The notes: a model not told the origin generated them from the sequence alone. Numbered from the stretch's first letter, positions 12,226-21,981 are shown. The stretch: DNA of 64,000 bases from an uncultured Gemmatimonadales bacterium (GCA_963707505.1 CAVPQB010000003.1:192001-256000); one strand, 5' to 3'. Numbers and translations: made by a program.

Positions 12226-12284
12226 GCAATGTCATGTGCATCGTCACGCGCCGTCGAACGCAACATCGCGCCCCGCCGGCGTTG

Positions 12285-12845
12285 ATGAGCCAGCCGCCGA
12301 CGACGGTCTTTCTGGATCGGGACGGAACCATCATTCGTGACGTGAGCTACCTGTCTCGCCCGGAGGATGTCGAGCTCCTTCCCGGCGCCGCGCATGCGAT
12401 TGCACGCCTCAACAACGTTGGTATTCCGGTGATCGTGATCACGAATCAATCCGGTATCGCGCGCGGTCGTTTCACAGTGGACGACTATCTGCTCACGCAG
12501 CGGCGCCTTGACGAACTCCTGAACGAAAATGGCGCAGTGATCGACGCGACGTACTTCTGTCCGGATCATCCCGATTTCACGGGACCATGCGGTTGCCGGA
12601 AGCCTGGCGTTGAGCTGTTCGAGCGCGCCGCCATCGAACACGCACTGAACATGCGTGCACCGAGCTACGTTGGCGATCGGTGGCGCGACGTCGAACCCTT
12701 TCATCAGCTCGGCGGCACGCCGATTCTCATCAGTGGACCAGATACGCCGCCGGAAGATCTTGCGCGTGCGAACCACGATGAGGTGACCATCGTCGCCTCT
12801 CTTGCCGACGCGATCGACGTACTGCTTGGTGCGGACCAATCGTGA
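12285..12845 (+). CDS. gmhB: D-glycero-D-manno-heptose 1,7-bisphosphate phosphatase (HAD IIIA)
   Basis: FLDRDGTI, ITNQSGIARG, CPDHP..CGCRKP, VGDRWRD. Confidence 0.85.
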   Translation: MSQPPTTVFLDRDGTIIRDVSYLSRPEDVELLPGAAHAIARLNNVGIPVIVITNQSGIARGRFTVDDYLLTQRRLDELLNENGAVIDATYFCPDHPDFTGPCGCRKPGVELFERAAIEHALNMRAPSYVGDRWRDVEPFHQLGGTPILISGPDTPPEDLARANHDEVTIVASLADAIDVLLGADQS

Positions 12846-13435
12846 AAACGCGCATCGCGGTTCTTGCGTCCGGCGGAGGCACCAATCTGCAGGCGATCCT
12901 GGATCACTTTGCAGCACTGGGCGATGCGGCGTGCGGTGAAGTCGTTGTGGTGGCCTCCAATCGGTCAAGCGCGGGAGCGTTGGACCGAGCGCGCACTGCC
13001 GGAATCGAAGCACTCGTGTTCGATGCCCGCTCAGAAGACGATCTCATGCGCATCCTCACTGGACACAATATCCAGTTGATTGCGCTCGCCGGATATCTGC
13101 GCCTCGTGCCACCCGGGGTGATCGCGCACTACAGCGGCCGGATAGTAAACGTGCATCCCGGCCCGCTCCCCGCGTTTGGCGGCGCCGGCATGTACGGCGT
13201 GCGAGTGCACGAAGCGGTGCTTGCTGCAGGAGTGTCCGAGTCTGCGGTAACTGTGCACCTCGTCACTGACCAGTACGATGACGGCCACCCGCTCGCGACA
13301 TGGCCCGTCCCCGTGCTCGAAAACGACACCCCCGATGTCCTCGCGGCACGGGTGCTGCGCGTCGAGCACATCATCTTCCCCCGAATCATCGATGCGCTTG
13401 CCGCTACTGTCGTTGCCGACGGTAGCACGCGCTGA
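12842..13435 (+). CDS. purN: phosphoribosylglycinamide formyltransferase
   Basis: ASGGGTNLQAI, LAGYLR, NVHPGPLPAFGG, TVHLV..YDDG. Confidence 0.93.
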   Translation: MKTRIAVLASGGGTNLQAILDHFAALGDAACGEVVVVASNRSSAGALDRARTAGIEALVFDARSEDDLMRILTGHNIQLIALAGYLRLVPPGVIAHYSGRIVNVHPGPLPAFGGAGMYGVRVHEAVLAAGVSESAVTVHLVTDQYDDGHPLATWPVPVLENDTPDVLAARVLRVEHIIFPRIIDALAATVVADGSTR

Positions 13436-13450
13436 ATACGGACATACATC

Positions 13451-14984
13451 ATGCCTCTCGCATTACTATCTGTCTCCGATAAAACAGGACTCGTGGAATT
13501 CGCACGCGGGCTCGTAGAGCTCGGCTGGGATCTCGTCTCCACCGGTGGAACATCGCCGCGCCCTGCGCACCGCGGGCCTCACCGTTCGCGACGTCAGCGA
13601 TCTCACACAGTTCCCCGAAATGCTGGACGGACGTGTCAAGACACTGCATCCGCTGATTCACGGTGGACTGCTGGCGCGCCGGGATTCGGCGGAGCATGCC
13701 GAAACCGTTCGCATTCACGGCATCCCATGGATCGATCTCGTCGCCGTCAATCTGTATCCGTTCAGAGAGACCGCCGCGCGTGCCGACGTGAGCGCGGATG
13801 ACGTGGTCGAGCAGATCGACATAGGTGGACCGGCGATGCTGCGATCGGCGGCAAAGAACTTCGACGCCGTAACTGTAATATGCGATCCAGCTGATTACTC
13901 TCGCGTCCTGGCAACGTTGCAGGCGAAGGACGACGACAGGGATCTGCGCAAGCGTCTCGCCGCAAAGGTGTTCGAGCACACCGCTGCTTACGACGGAGCG
14001 ATCGCTGCATGGTTCGCGTCCGAGCGCGGCGACCGGTTCGCCGATTCGCTCGTGATTGCGCTCGAGCGGTCTCAGACGTTGAGATACGGCGAGAACCCGG
14101 GCCAACGTGCGGCGTTCTACGTCGAATCGAAGGGCCGGGGACTCGATGCGCTGGTGCAGCACGGCGGCAAGGAGTTGAGCTTCAACAACCTGCTCGACCT
14201 CGAAGGTGCGCTGCTCGCAGCCGATGCGTTCTCTGGACAGACGTGCTGCGCAATCATCAAGCACACCACGCCGTGCGGCCTCGCAATTGGGTCGTCACCA
14301 CTCGAGGCCTATCAAAAGGCGCTCGCATGCGATCCGCAATCGGCGTTCGGCTCCGTAATCGCCTTTACCGCGCCAGTCGATACGGCGGCAGCCGAAGCGC
14401 TGTCCAGTCTCTTCGTAGAGTGCATCGTCGCTCCTTCGTTCTCGCCCGACGCTCTCGGCATACTCGGCAAGAAGAAAAATCTTCGCGTACTCGAAGGAAC
14501 CGCTGTGTGGCCGAAGGGATCATTCGATTTCAAGCGTGTGCGCGGCGGTTTGCTTGTCCAGGACCGCGCGCCCGAGCCCGTTCCTTACGCTCACTGGAGA
14601 GTCGTTACCGACCGGACGCCGACCGATCGCGAGCGCGATGATCTCGCCTTCGCGTGGCAGGCTGTCGCGAGCGTCAAGTCGAATGCCATAGTGCTCGTGC
14701 GAGACGGCGCCACGATCGGGATCGGCGCCGGCCAGATGTCGCGCGTGGACGCGTCGTTCCTCTCCGTTCACAAGGCGCGCAACGCTGGCCACGAAACCGC
14801 CGGAGCAGCGCTTGGCTCCGACGCGTACTTCCCCTTCCGTGACGGCGTCGATCATGCCGCCGATGCCGGTGTTACGGCAATCGTCCAGCCCGGCGGTTCC
14901 ATCAGAGACGCGGAAGTCATTGCGGCAGCGAACGAGCACGGGATCGCGATGGTATTTACCGGTCAACGCCAGTTCCGCCACTAG
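13451..14984 (+). CDS. purH: bifunctional AICAR formyltransferase/IMP cyclohydrolase (frameshift near 13555)
   Basis: [69 protein letters not shown]. Confidence 0.95.
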
Positions 14985-14999
14985 CCTATCTTTCTGCCC

Positions 15000-17249
15000 A
15001 TGTCTGCAACCACAGCCACAATAACCGCGGAAGCCGATTACCGCCCGTCCTATGGGGCGGCCGCGATCGCGGCAACGCTAGTCTTCCTACTGTACCTCGT
15101 CACCCTGTCGCCATCCACGGCGATGTGGGACACGAGCGAGTACATCGCCGCAGCCTTTACCTTCGGCCTTCCGCACCCCCCTGGCAATCCGTTCTTCGTG
15201 ATTCTCGGGCGGTTCTTCTCGATCCTGCCCATCGCGCCGAACGTGGCGATGCGAATCAACATCCTGGCTGCGCTGTGCAGCGCGGTGTCCGCAGGAATGT
15301 GGTTTCTGATTGCCGAGCGTGTGCTTGCTGGCTGGCTGCCGCGTAAGTGGCAACGGCTCGCGGGTGGCGCGCTCGCGGCACTCATCGGCTCGACAGCATT
15401 TACCGTGTGGGCGCAGTCGGTCGTCAACGAAAAAGTATATACCGTGTCGCTCGTCGGCATGGCGATTGTCGCATGGCTCACGGTGCGTTGGTGCGATGAT
15501 CCCGACGGACCCAAGGCGGATCGTTTGCTGGTACTCGTCGCGTACTTGAGCGGACTCGGCTACGCCAACCACATGGCCGGCTTTCTTGCGTTGCCTGCGG
15601 TGTTTGTCGCGGTGCTGGTGATCCGTCCGCGCACCTTCCTGCGCTGGAAGCTGGTGCTGGCCGGACTGCTCGCAATAGCGCTTGGAATGACACCGTTCCT
15701 CACGCAGCCGATCCGGTCCGCGTACTTCCCGCGAATCAACGAAGGCGAAACTACGGGCTGCGTAACGAAGATTGCCGCCGATTGTACGTTCAGCAAGCTG
15801 ACGTATGACCGGTTCATGTACAACTTCAACCGCACTCAGTACGGCAAGCCTGCGCTGACCGACCGACAGGTGCCGTTCACGGCGCAGATCGGAATGTGGT
15901 GGACGTACTTCCGGTGGCAGTGGCTGCGCGACGCGAACGGCACGCATGCGGCCGCGCAGGAAGTGCTCGCGTGGGTCTTTCTGGTACTCGGATTACTAGG
16001 CGGCTGGGTGCACTGGCAACGAGACCGACGAAGTTTCTGGTTCTTCGGCCCACTGATGTTCACGGTCACGCTGGTGCTGATCTACTACATGAACTTCAAG
16101 TACGGCTATTCGCAAGCACCCGAGCTTGGCGATGCCGTACCGCGAGAAGTGCGTGACCGAGATTATTTCTACCTGTGGAGCTTCAGCGCGTGGAGCGTGT
16201 GGGTGGCGCTCGGACTGTTCAACGTCTGGGAGCGACTCGCGCAGATGTTCGGATCGGATCCCGTTCGCATGGGCACCGAGACCGTGGAAGTCCCGCGTCA
16301 GTCGAGCTGGATGGCGGCCTCGCCGCTGCTCCTGCTCGCAGTGATTCCGCTGTGGGGCAACTGGAGCTCCGCATCGCGGCACGGGCAGACCGATACGCGC
16401 GACTTCGCGCACGATCTGCTCGAGTCCGTCGAGCCTTATGGCGTGCTGATCACCGTCGGCGACAACGACACCTTCCCGCTCTGGTACGCCCAGGAAGTGG
16501 AGCACGTAAGGCCCGACGTCACGGTACTGTGCACGTCGCTGCTCAACACCGACTGGTACACCCGTCAGCTGATTCGCAATCCGATTCGTCCGTACGACGT
16601 CAAAAACGGCCCACCCGCGTACGCCGATCGTACGTGGATGCGTCCGACGAAACCGATAATCGATCTCAGCTACATGCAATCGGACTCGGTCCCACCGGCG
16701 GTCGCACTCGACGCGCCGCAGGATCTCAACACCAAGAGTGGTTTTCACTTTTCCGTGCATCCCCGCGACCTTGGCGGTGGTTTTCATGGCCTCGAGCGCG
16801 CCGATCTGTTCGTGCTGTACATCATCCGCGATGCGTTTCCGTCGACGCCGGTGTACTTCAGCCGGACCGATGGCAGCTACCCGGACGAGATGGGCTTCGG
16901 CAACAATCTCCTGACGACCGGTCTGGCGCGGAAGCTGGTGGCGACTCCGCCGACTGCGTCCTCGACGATCGTGCATCTGCCAGGCGACGGGTGGTTCGAC
17001 ATCGCTACCACGTACTCACTCTGGACCAGGAGCTTCGACGCGCCCAAGTCACTCGCGGCCCGTCACGGCTGGGTGGACCGGCCGTCGGTCGGGATTCCGT
17101 ACGTGTACGTTCGTACGGGTGCGGTGCTCTCCGAAGCGTTGCTCCAGGTCGGTCGCCAGGCTGATGCGCAGAAGGTCATGGCGACGACGCAGCGCATCGC
17201 CAGCGGTACCGGCCTCGCGGACCTTTTGACGGCACAGCAACAGCAATAG
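15000..17249 (+). CDS. DUF2723 / TMEM260-like polytopic membrane glycosyltransferase (GT-C)
   Basis: WDTSEY, HPPGNP, NEKVY, REVRDRDYF and GDNDTFPLWYAQEVE..RPDV motifs. About 10 TM segments, then a periplasmic domain. Confidence 0.82.
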   Translation: MSATTATITAEADYRPSYGAAAIAATLVFLLYLVTLSPSTAMWDTSEYIAAAFTFGLPHPPGNPFFVILGRFFSILPIAPNVAMRINILAALCSAVSAGMWFLIAERVLAGWLPRKWQRLAGGALAALIGSTAFTVWAQSVVNEKVYTVSLVGMAIVAWLTVRWCDDPDGPKADRLLVLVAYLSGLGYANHMAGFLALPAVFVAVLVIRPRTFLRWKLVLAGLLAIALGMTPFLTQPIRSAYFPRINEGETTGCVTKIAADCTFSKLTYDRFMYNFNRTQYGKPALTDRQVPFTAQIGMWWTYFRWQWLRDANGTHAAAQEVLAWVFLVLGLLGGWVHWQRDRRSFWFFGPLMFTVTLVLIYYMNFKYGYSQAPELGDAVPREVRDRDYFYLWSFSAWSVWVALGLFNVWERLAQMFGSDPVRMGTETVEVPRQSSWMAASPLLLLAVIPLWGNWSSASRHGQTDTRDFAHDLLESVEPYGVLITVGDNDTFPLWYAQEVEHVRPDVTVLCTSLLNTDWYTRQLIRNPIRPYDVKNGPPAYADRTWMRPTKPIIDLSYMQSDSVPPAVALDAPQDLNTKSGFHFSVHPRDLGGGFHGLERADLFVLYIIRDAFPSTPVYFSRTDGSYPDEMGFGNNLLTTGLARKLVATPPTASSTIVHLPGDGWFDIATTYSLWTRSFDAPKSLAARHGWVDRPSVGIPYVYVRTGAVLSEALLQVGRQADAQKVMATTQRIASGTGLADLLTAQQQQ

Positions 17250-17293
17250 TTTTCGTGGTACGGCGCGGATACATCATCCGCGCCGGTTGTAGT

Positions 17294-17378
17294 GGAGGCG
17301 TGCCAGAGCGGTTTAATGGGTCAGTCTTGAAAACTGAAGAACCGAAAGGTTCCGTGGGTTCGAATCCCACCGCCTCCT
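17294..17378 (+). tRNA. tRNA-Ser(TGA)
   Basis: Acceptor GGAGGCG/CGCCTCC, anticodon arm TCAGT-CT-TGA-AA-ACTGA, long variable arm GAACC-GAAA-GGTTC, T arm GTGGGTTCGAATCCCAC. Confidence 0.95.
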
Positions 17379-17384
17379 TCCATT

Positions 17385-17428
17385 GTCATTCCCGGCATTT
17401 CCGCGATGACGATAGCATGCGGAATGAC
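17385..17428. repeat. degenerate REP-like inverted repeat / possible bidirectional terminator
   Basis: GTCATTCCCGGCAT ... ATGCGGAATGAC between tRNA-Ser and the convergent hldD. Shares GTCATTCC ends with the REP family. Confidence 0.45.
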
Positions 17429-17456
17429 GACTTGCCGAAGCCTGGACTCCGACGTT

Positions 17457-18458
17457 CTAAACGTCCCCCAGGTGCGCCCGCGGAACGAGATAGTTCTTCA
17501 CATAATCCCCCACCGCATCCGCAAGTGCAGTAATCGGCGCCGTGTACCCACTTTCCCGTACGCGCCCGATGTCAGCCTGCGTGAAGTACTGGTATCTCGC
17601 GCGTAGATCTTCCGGCATGTCAATGAACTTGATATTCGCCGGCTTTGCAAGCGCCGCAAATACAGCATTCGCGAGATCGATCCACGTGTTCGCATCTCCG
17701 CTACCAACATTGAACAACCCATTCGCACCATCAGTCGCCGCGAGATGCAGTGTCATGTCGACCGCGTCCTTCACATACAGAAAGTCGCGCTTCTGCTCGC
17801 CGTCCGCGTACTCCGGACGATAGCTCTTGAACAATCTTATCTCGCCCGTCTCCGCGATCTGATCGTACGCCTTGTTCACCAGGCTGCGCATCTCGCCTTT
17901 GTGATCTTCGTTCGGTCCGAAGATGTTGAAGAACTTGACGCCGGCGATCTTGCCGAGTATTCCGCGTTGCGCCGCGTACAGATCGAACATTTGCTTGGAG
18001 TATCCGTACATGTTGAGCGGACGCAACGTGTGCAGGTACGGCAGCGACGCATCGTCGCGCATCCCGGCCGTACCGTCGCCGTAGGTCGCGGCGGACGACG
18101 CGTACACGAACCGGCCGTTGGACGACAACGTCCACGCTGCGAGGTCTTTCGTGAACTGATAGTTGTTGCGCACGAGATACGCAGCGTCGAGCTCGGTCGT
18201 GGACGAGCACGCGCCCATGTGCAGCACTACGTCGAAGCGTCCGAGTGAGCCTGCGCCGAGTCGCGGCAGCAGATCGTCGGCTTCGAGATAATCCTCGAAC
18301 GCGAGCGGTGCGAGGTTGCGCCACTTCTCGCTCGTCTCGAGAAAGTCAGCGATGACGATCCGCTCGCAACCGCGCCTGTTCAGCTCCCACACCAGCGCAC
18401 TTCCGATGAAGCCGGCGCCGCCGGTGACCAGCACGCGCGCCCTTGAAAAGTCGATCAT
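17457..18458 (-). CDS. hldD: ADP-L-glycero-D-manno-heptose 6-epimerase
   Basis: VTGGAGFIGSALV, HMGACSSTTE, YASSAATYG, PLNMYGYSK, HKGEMRS, RDFLYVKD, YQYFTQAD. Confidence 0.93.
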   Translation of the reverse strand: MIDFSRARVLVTGGAGFIGSALVWELNRRGCERIVIADFLETSEKWRNLAPLAFEDYLEADDLLPRLGAGSLGRFDVVLHMGACSSTTELDAAYLVRNNYQFTKDLAAWTLSSNGRFVYASSAATYGDGTAGMRDDASLPYLHTLRPLNMYGYSKQMFDLYAAQRGILGKIAGVKFFNIFGPNEDHKGEMRSLVNKAYDQIAETGEIRLFKSYRPEYADGEQKRDFLYVKDAVDMTLHLAATDGANGLFNVGSGDANTWIDLANAVFAALAKPANIKFIDMPEDLRARYQYFTQADIGRVRESGYTAPITALADAVGDYVKNYLVPRAHLGDV

Positions 18459-18467
18459 CCGCGGAAT

Positions 18468-19340
18468 TTACAGCGCTGCGACGCTGGCGTTACCGGGGAC
18501 GCGACGCCAGATCGGCTTCACGACGCGTCCGGATCGGACTGCGTAAACCAGGAGCCAAATTGATACGAGCGAAACGAGTACGGCCGGCAGCGAAGCCTCC
18601 GGTCCAAATCCTCCACCCGTTGCCCATGTGGGGCCGGACAGCGTGGATGTGAACAACCCGTGTGGAACGGTGCCGGAAACAGGCGCACCGAAAATGCCGG
18701 ACTGCGTGAAATTCCACGCAGCGTGGAGCCCGATCGGCAACCACAGTCTCCGCGTGATCATGAACGCAGCGCCGAGTAGCAAGCCCGCCTCCAATGCAAT
18801 CGCGAGCGCCGATGTGAGCGTTGCGTGGGGATTTGCGAGATGGCCCGCGCCGAACAGCGCCGACGAGAATGCGAGCGCACCCCAACTTCCGATCCACTCC
18901 TCCGTGATGCGGAAGATGACGCCGCGGAACAGTATCTCTTCCAGCACTCCAGCCCCGAGCGCGAAGACGAACGGCGACAGCATCATCGTCCAGTTGTTCA
19001 CTCCGATTATGGTGTAATCACCGAGAGCCCAGATGATTCCGATCGTAACCGTGAACAGAACTGCACCGAGAAGGAACCCCGTCGCGAATCCTCCGAGTGC
19101 TGCGCCAGGCGCGAGCTCATAAATCTCTCGGCGCTCCACGACCCGTACATAGATCACGTACGCAACCGCAACGACGGTCGCGCCGATTACTTCGAAGAGC
19201 AAGGGTGGCTTTATCTTCAGTGCGATCAGCGCGAACAAGCATCCGCCGATCCACACAATTGCGATTGCAAGCCGCGTCGCTGGATATGCGAGCACCCTGC
19301 GCCAGCGACTGTCCTGCCCCTGCTCAATCGACTCCGCCAT
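18468..19340 (-). CDS. CPBP/Abi (CAAX type II) intramembrane glutamic endopeptidase
   Basis: EEILFRG, FGAGHLAN, GLHAAWN, TGGGFGPE. Confidence 0.88.
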   Translation of the reverse strand: MAESIEQGQDSRWRRVLAYPATRLAIAIVWIGGCLFALIALKIKPPLLFEVIGATVVAVAYVIYVRVVERREIYELAPGAALGGFATGFLLGAVLFTVTIGIIWALGDYTIIGVNNWTMMLSPFVFALGAGVLEEILFRGVIFRITEEWIGSWGALAFSSALFGAGHLANPHATLTSALAIALEAGLLLGAAFMITRRLWLPIGLHAAWNFTQSGIFGAPVSGTVPHGLFTSTLSGPTWATGGGFGPEASLPAVLVSLVSIWLLVYAVRSGRVVKPIWRRVPGNASVAAL

Positions 19341-19372
19341 CCCCACGCTCCGTTTGTCGTTTTCCGGTCGGC

Positions 19373-19401
19373 TTGTACACGCCGCCGTCGAGCACTAACT
19401 T
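19373..19401 (+). promoter_or_regulatory. candidate sigma-70 promoter of tRNA-Ser(GCT)
   Basis: TTGTAC - 17 nt - TAACTT, 12 nt upstream of the tRNA. Confidence 0.55.
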
Positions 19402-19413
19402 ACACCGGCTCCA

Positions 19414-19503
19414 GGAGGGGTGGCCGAGAGGCTGAAGGCACCGGTTTGCTAAACCGGCATAGGGGGTCAACCTCTATCGAGGGTTCGAATCCCTCCCTCT
19501 CCG
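19414..19503 (+). tRNA. tRNA-Ser(GCT)
   Basis: Acceptor GGAGGGG/CCTCTCC, anticodon arm CCGGT-TT-GCT-AA-ACCGG, long variable arm, T arm GAGGGTTCGAATCCCTC. CCA not encoded. Confidence 0.95.
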
Positions 19504-19572
19504 TGTATTTCACGCTAAGACGGGCTCGGTCCTTCATGACGGGCCCGTTCGCGTATCCATCATCTTTGTGAT

Positions 19573-21039
19573 ATGAGTTCTTACCCGCCAGCACGCGTTC
19601 GCTTCGCACCATCACCCACAGGATACCTGCACGTGGGCGGCGCGCGCACCGCCCTCTTCAACTGGCTGTATGTGCGCCGGTTCGGCGGTCAGTTCCTGCT
19701 CCGCGTGGAAGACACCGACAAGGTGCGCAGCACCGACGAGAGCACGCGTGCGATTTTCGATGGACTCGAATGGCTTGGTCTCAACTGGGACGAGCCCGTT
19801 GTATATCAGGGCGGTAACCTCGAGCGGCATCGCGCGGATGTCAAGCAACTGCTCGACGCCGGCCTCGCATATCGCGACTTCACACCGCAGAGTGTGCTCG
19901 ACGAGCGGCGAGCGGCCGCGCAGGCGCGCGGCGAGATCTACAAGTACAAGCGCGAGTGGGCGGAAATTCCGCTGCACGAAGAGGAACAGCGACTCGAGCG
20001 CGGAGATCCGTACGTCGTGCGCTTCCGCGTTCCGGACGAACACGGCGTTACTGAATGGGATGATCTGGTTCACGAGCGCATCGCGTTCCCCAACAAGGAC
20101 GTCGACGACTTCGTGATACTGCGCTCCGACCGCACACCGATCTACAACTTCGCAGTCGTGTCGGATGACATTGCGATGGGCGTCACACTCGTCATGCGCG
20201 GGGACGATCACATCTCCAACACGCCCAAGCAGATCATGCTGTACCGCGCGCTCGGCAAGGATCTTCCACGCTTCGCGCACCTGCCGATGATCCATGGGCT
20301 TGACGGAAAGAAGTTGAGCAAGCGTCACGGCGCGACTGCCGTCGGCGACTACCAGCACGAAGGCCTTCTGCCGCAGGCGATGCTCAACTTCCTCGCGTTG
20401 CTGGGCTGGTCGCCCGGCGGCGACCGCGAGGTGATGGCACTCACCGAGATGGTAGAGCTGTTCTCACCGGAAGGCCTGCAGCGCAAGGCGGCCATCTTCG
20501 ATCCAAAAAAGCTCGAGTGGATGAACGGACAGCACATGTCGATGATGCCGCTCGCGGACCTGGAGCCTGTGGTAACGCGCGCAATAGTCGCAGCCGGCCT
20601 TGCGACGGGCGAGGAGCTCGCCGTACGCCACGACTGGTATCTCCAGCTCGTCGATCTGCTGCGCGTGCGTGCGCGCGTCGTGGACGACATAGTCCGCCAG
20701 GCGGCGCCCTACTTCGTGGATGACATTACGTATGATCCCGAAGCGGTCGCCAAGCAGTGGAAGGACAGGCCTGCCGCGCTGGCAATCCTCACCTCCACGC
20801 GTGAAGCACTGGCCGCCGTCCATTCATGGGATGCGGCTACCCTTGAAGCCGAGCTCAGGGGACTTGCGGAACGGCACGGAATTGGCGGCGGAAAGTTGTT
20901 TCAGCCGCTCAGAGTCGCACTGACAGGCCTTACCGTTAGCCCCGGCATCTTCGACGTACTGGTGATGCAGGGGCGCGACCGCGCGATCGCTCGCCTCGAA
21001 CGGGCGATCGATTACCTTAATAATCCAAACAATGGTTGA
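19573..21039 (+). CDS. gltX: glutamate--tRNA ligase
   Basis: RFAPSPTGYLHVGG, RVEDTD, RGDDHISNT, KKLSKR, LLGWS, PLRVALTG. Confidence 0.96.
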   Translation: MSSYPPARVRFAPSPTGYLHVGGARTALFNWLYVRRFGGQFLLRVEDTDKVRSTDESTRAIFDGLEWLGLNWDEPVVYQGGNLERHRADVKQLLDAGLAYRDFTPQSVLDERRAAAQARGEIYKYKREWAEIPLHEEEQRLERGDPYVVRFRVPDEHGVTEWDDLVHERIAFPNKDVDDFVILRSDRTPIYNFAVVSDDIAMGVTLVMRGDDHISNTPKQIMLYRALGKDLPRFAHLPMIHGLDGKKLSKRHGATAVGDYQHEGLLPQAMLNFLALLGWSPGGDREVMALTEMVELFSPEGLQRKAAIFDPKKLEWMNGQHMSMMPLADLEPVVTRAIVAAGLATGEELAVRHDWYLQLVDLLRVRARVVDDIVRQAAPYFVDDITYDPEAVAKQWKDRPAALAILTSTREALAAVHSWDAATLEAELRGLAERHGIGGGKLFQPLRVALTGLTVSPGIFDVLVMQGRDRAIARLERAIDYLNNPNNG

Positions 21040-21105
21040 CCGGTCGAGAACAGTGCCGCATTTTTGTGTGCTACAGCGTACAACCCGAACCCTCACGGAG
21101 TGCTT

Positions 21106-21768
21106 ATGTCTGAGCAATTGACACGTCTCGAAAGCTCAGTCTATCAGTACCTGCTCGATTTCACGGCTGAACATACGTATCAGCCAAGCATTCGCGACAT
21201 CGGCAAGAAGTTTGAGATCAAGTCGACCAAGACAGTCTCGGATCTCTTGCAATCGCTTGCGCGCAAGGGATACATCGAGCGCGATCCGTCACGCTCGCGC
21301 GGAGTGCGACTGCTCGGCTTCAGCGGTGCCGCGCAATCAACTCCGGTTCCGTATTACGGACGTATTCACGCGGGCGAGCCCGCGCTGCTTCCGGAACATC
21401 GCGAAGGATTCATCACGATGGACCGGCGGTTCCTGCCATCCGATCGCGTATTCTTCCTGAAGGTGAAGGGAGAGAGTATGATCGGCCGTGCGATCGAGAG
21501 CGGCGACTTCGTGATGGTTGACCCTGCAGTTTCGGCCAAGGATGGCGATATGGTCGCCGCGCGTCTTGGCGACGAAGCCACGATCAAGACGCTCGCGCAC
21601 GATGGGCAGACCGTGGTGTTGAAGGCGGCGAACCCGGCAGACCGCGACATTGTCGTGAATCCGCGCGACAGTTTCGGCGTGTTGGGAGTTGTATGCGGTG
21701 TGTTCAGGCCATTCACGGTACTCGAGACTGAGAGCGCGCAGACGGCGTCGTCGGGTATGGTTTCGTAA
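21106..21768 (+). CDS. lexA: SOS repressor LexA
   Basis: N-terminal wHTH (YQPSIRDIG..L..LARKGYI.R..SRSRG), Ala-Gly cleavage site (IHAGEP), Ser (GESM) and Lys (TIK) of the S24 domain. Confidence 0.92.
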   Translation: MSEQLTRLESSVYQYLLDFTAEHTYQPSIRDIGKKFEIKSTKTVSDLLQSLARKGYIERDPSRSRGVRLLGFSGAAQSTPVPYYGRIHAGEPALLPEHREGFITMDRRFLPSDRVFFLKVKGESMIGRAIESGDFVMVDPAVSAKDGDMVAARLGDEATIKTLAHDGQTVVLKAANPADRDIVVNPRDSFGVLGVVCGVFRPFTVLETESAQTASSGMVS

Positions 21769-21776
21769 CGTAGGCT

Positions 21777-21972
21777 TCGCCATCCCCGCGAACGCGGGCT
21801 CAAGGCTTCGTCATCACTGCGACAGCGGGTTCAAGTCTCGTCATCCCCGCGAAAGCGGGTTCAAGGCTCGTCATCCCCGCGAAAGCGGGGATCCATCTGC
21901 TGCCGACCAGCTTCCTGATACCGTCGCACTCGAAGATCGATAACATGGGTTCCCGCTTTCGCGGGAATGACA
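21777..21972. repeat. REP cluster: four tandem CGTC-type palindromes plus one inverted copy
   Basis: TCG(T/C)CATCCCCGCGAA(A/C)GCGGG-like units at 21777, 21808 (degenerate), 21838 and 21868. Inverted copy ATGGGTTCCCGCTTTCGCGGGAATGACA at 21945-21972. Lies between convergent genes. Confidence 0.9.
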
Positions 21973-21981
21973 GACGTACAA

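Noticed and set aside
17294..17378. Selenocysteine or suppressor tRNA
   Set aside because: The anticodon is TGA (reads UCA, Ser), not TCA, and the acceptor stem is a normal 7 bp. The T discriminator followed by TCCA may be a one-base error.
12285..18458. gmhB + hldD + DUF2723 as a protein heptosylation system
   Set aside because: GT-C enzymes use lipid-linked donors rather than ADP-heptose. The genes are not contiguous, and the heptose genes are explained by LPS core synthesis.
17294..19503. Genomic island (hldD + CPBP) integrated between two tRNA-Ser genes
   Set aside because: No integrase, no duplicated tRNA 3' end beyond the shared T-arm, and no obvious composition shift.
21777..21896. 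CRISPR-like or novel spacer-bearing repeat array
   Set aside because: The units abut with near-identical 7-nt linkers and end in an inverted partner, which is REP/BIME-like organisation.
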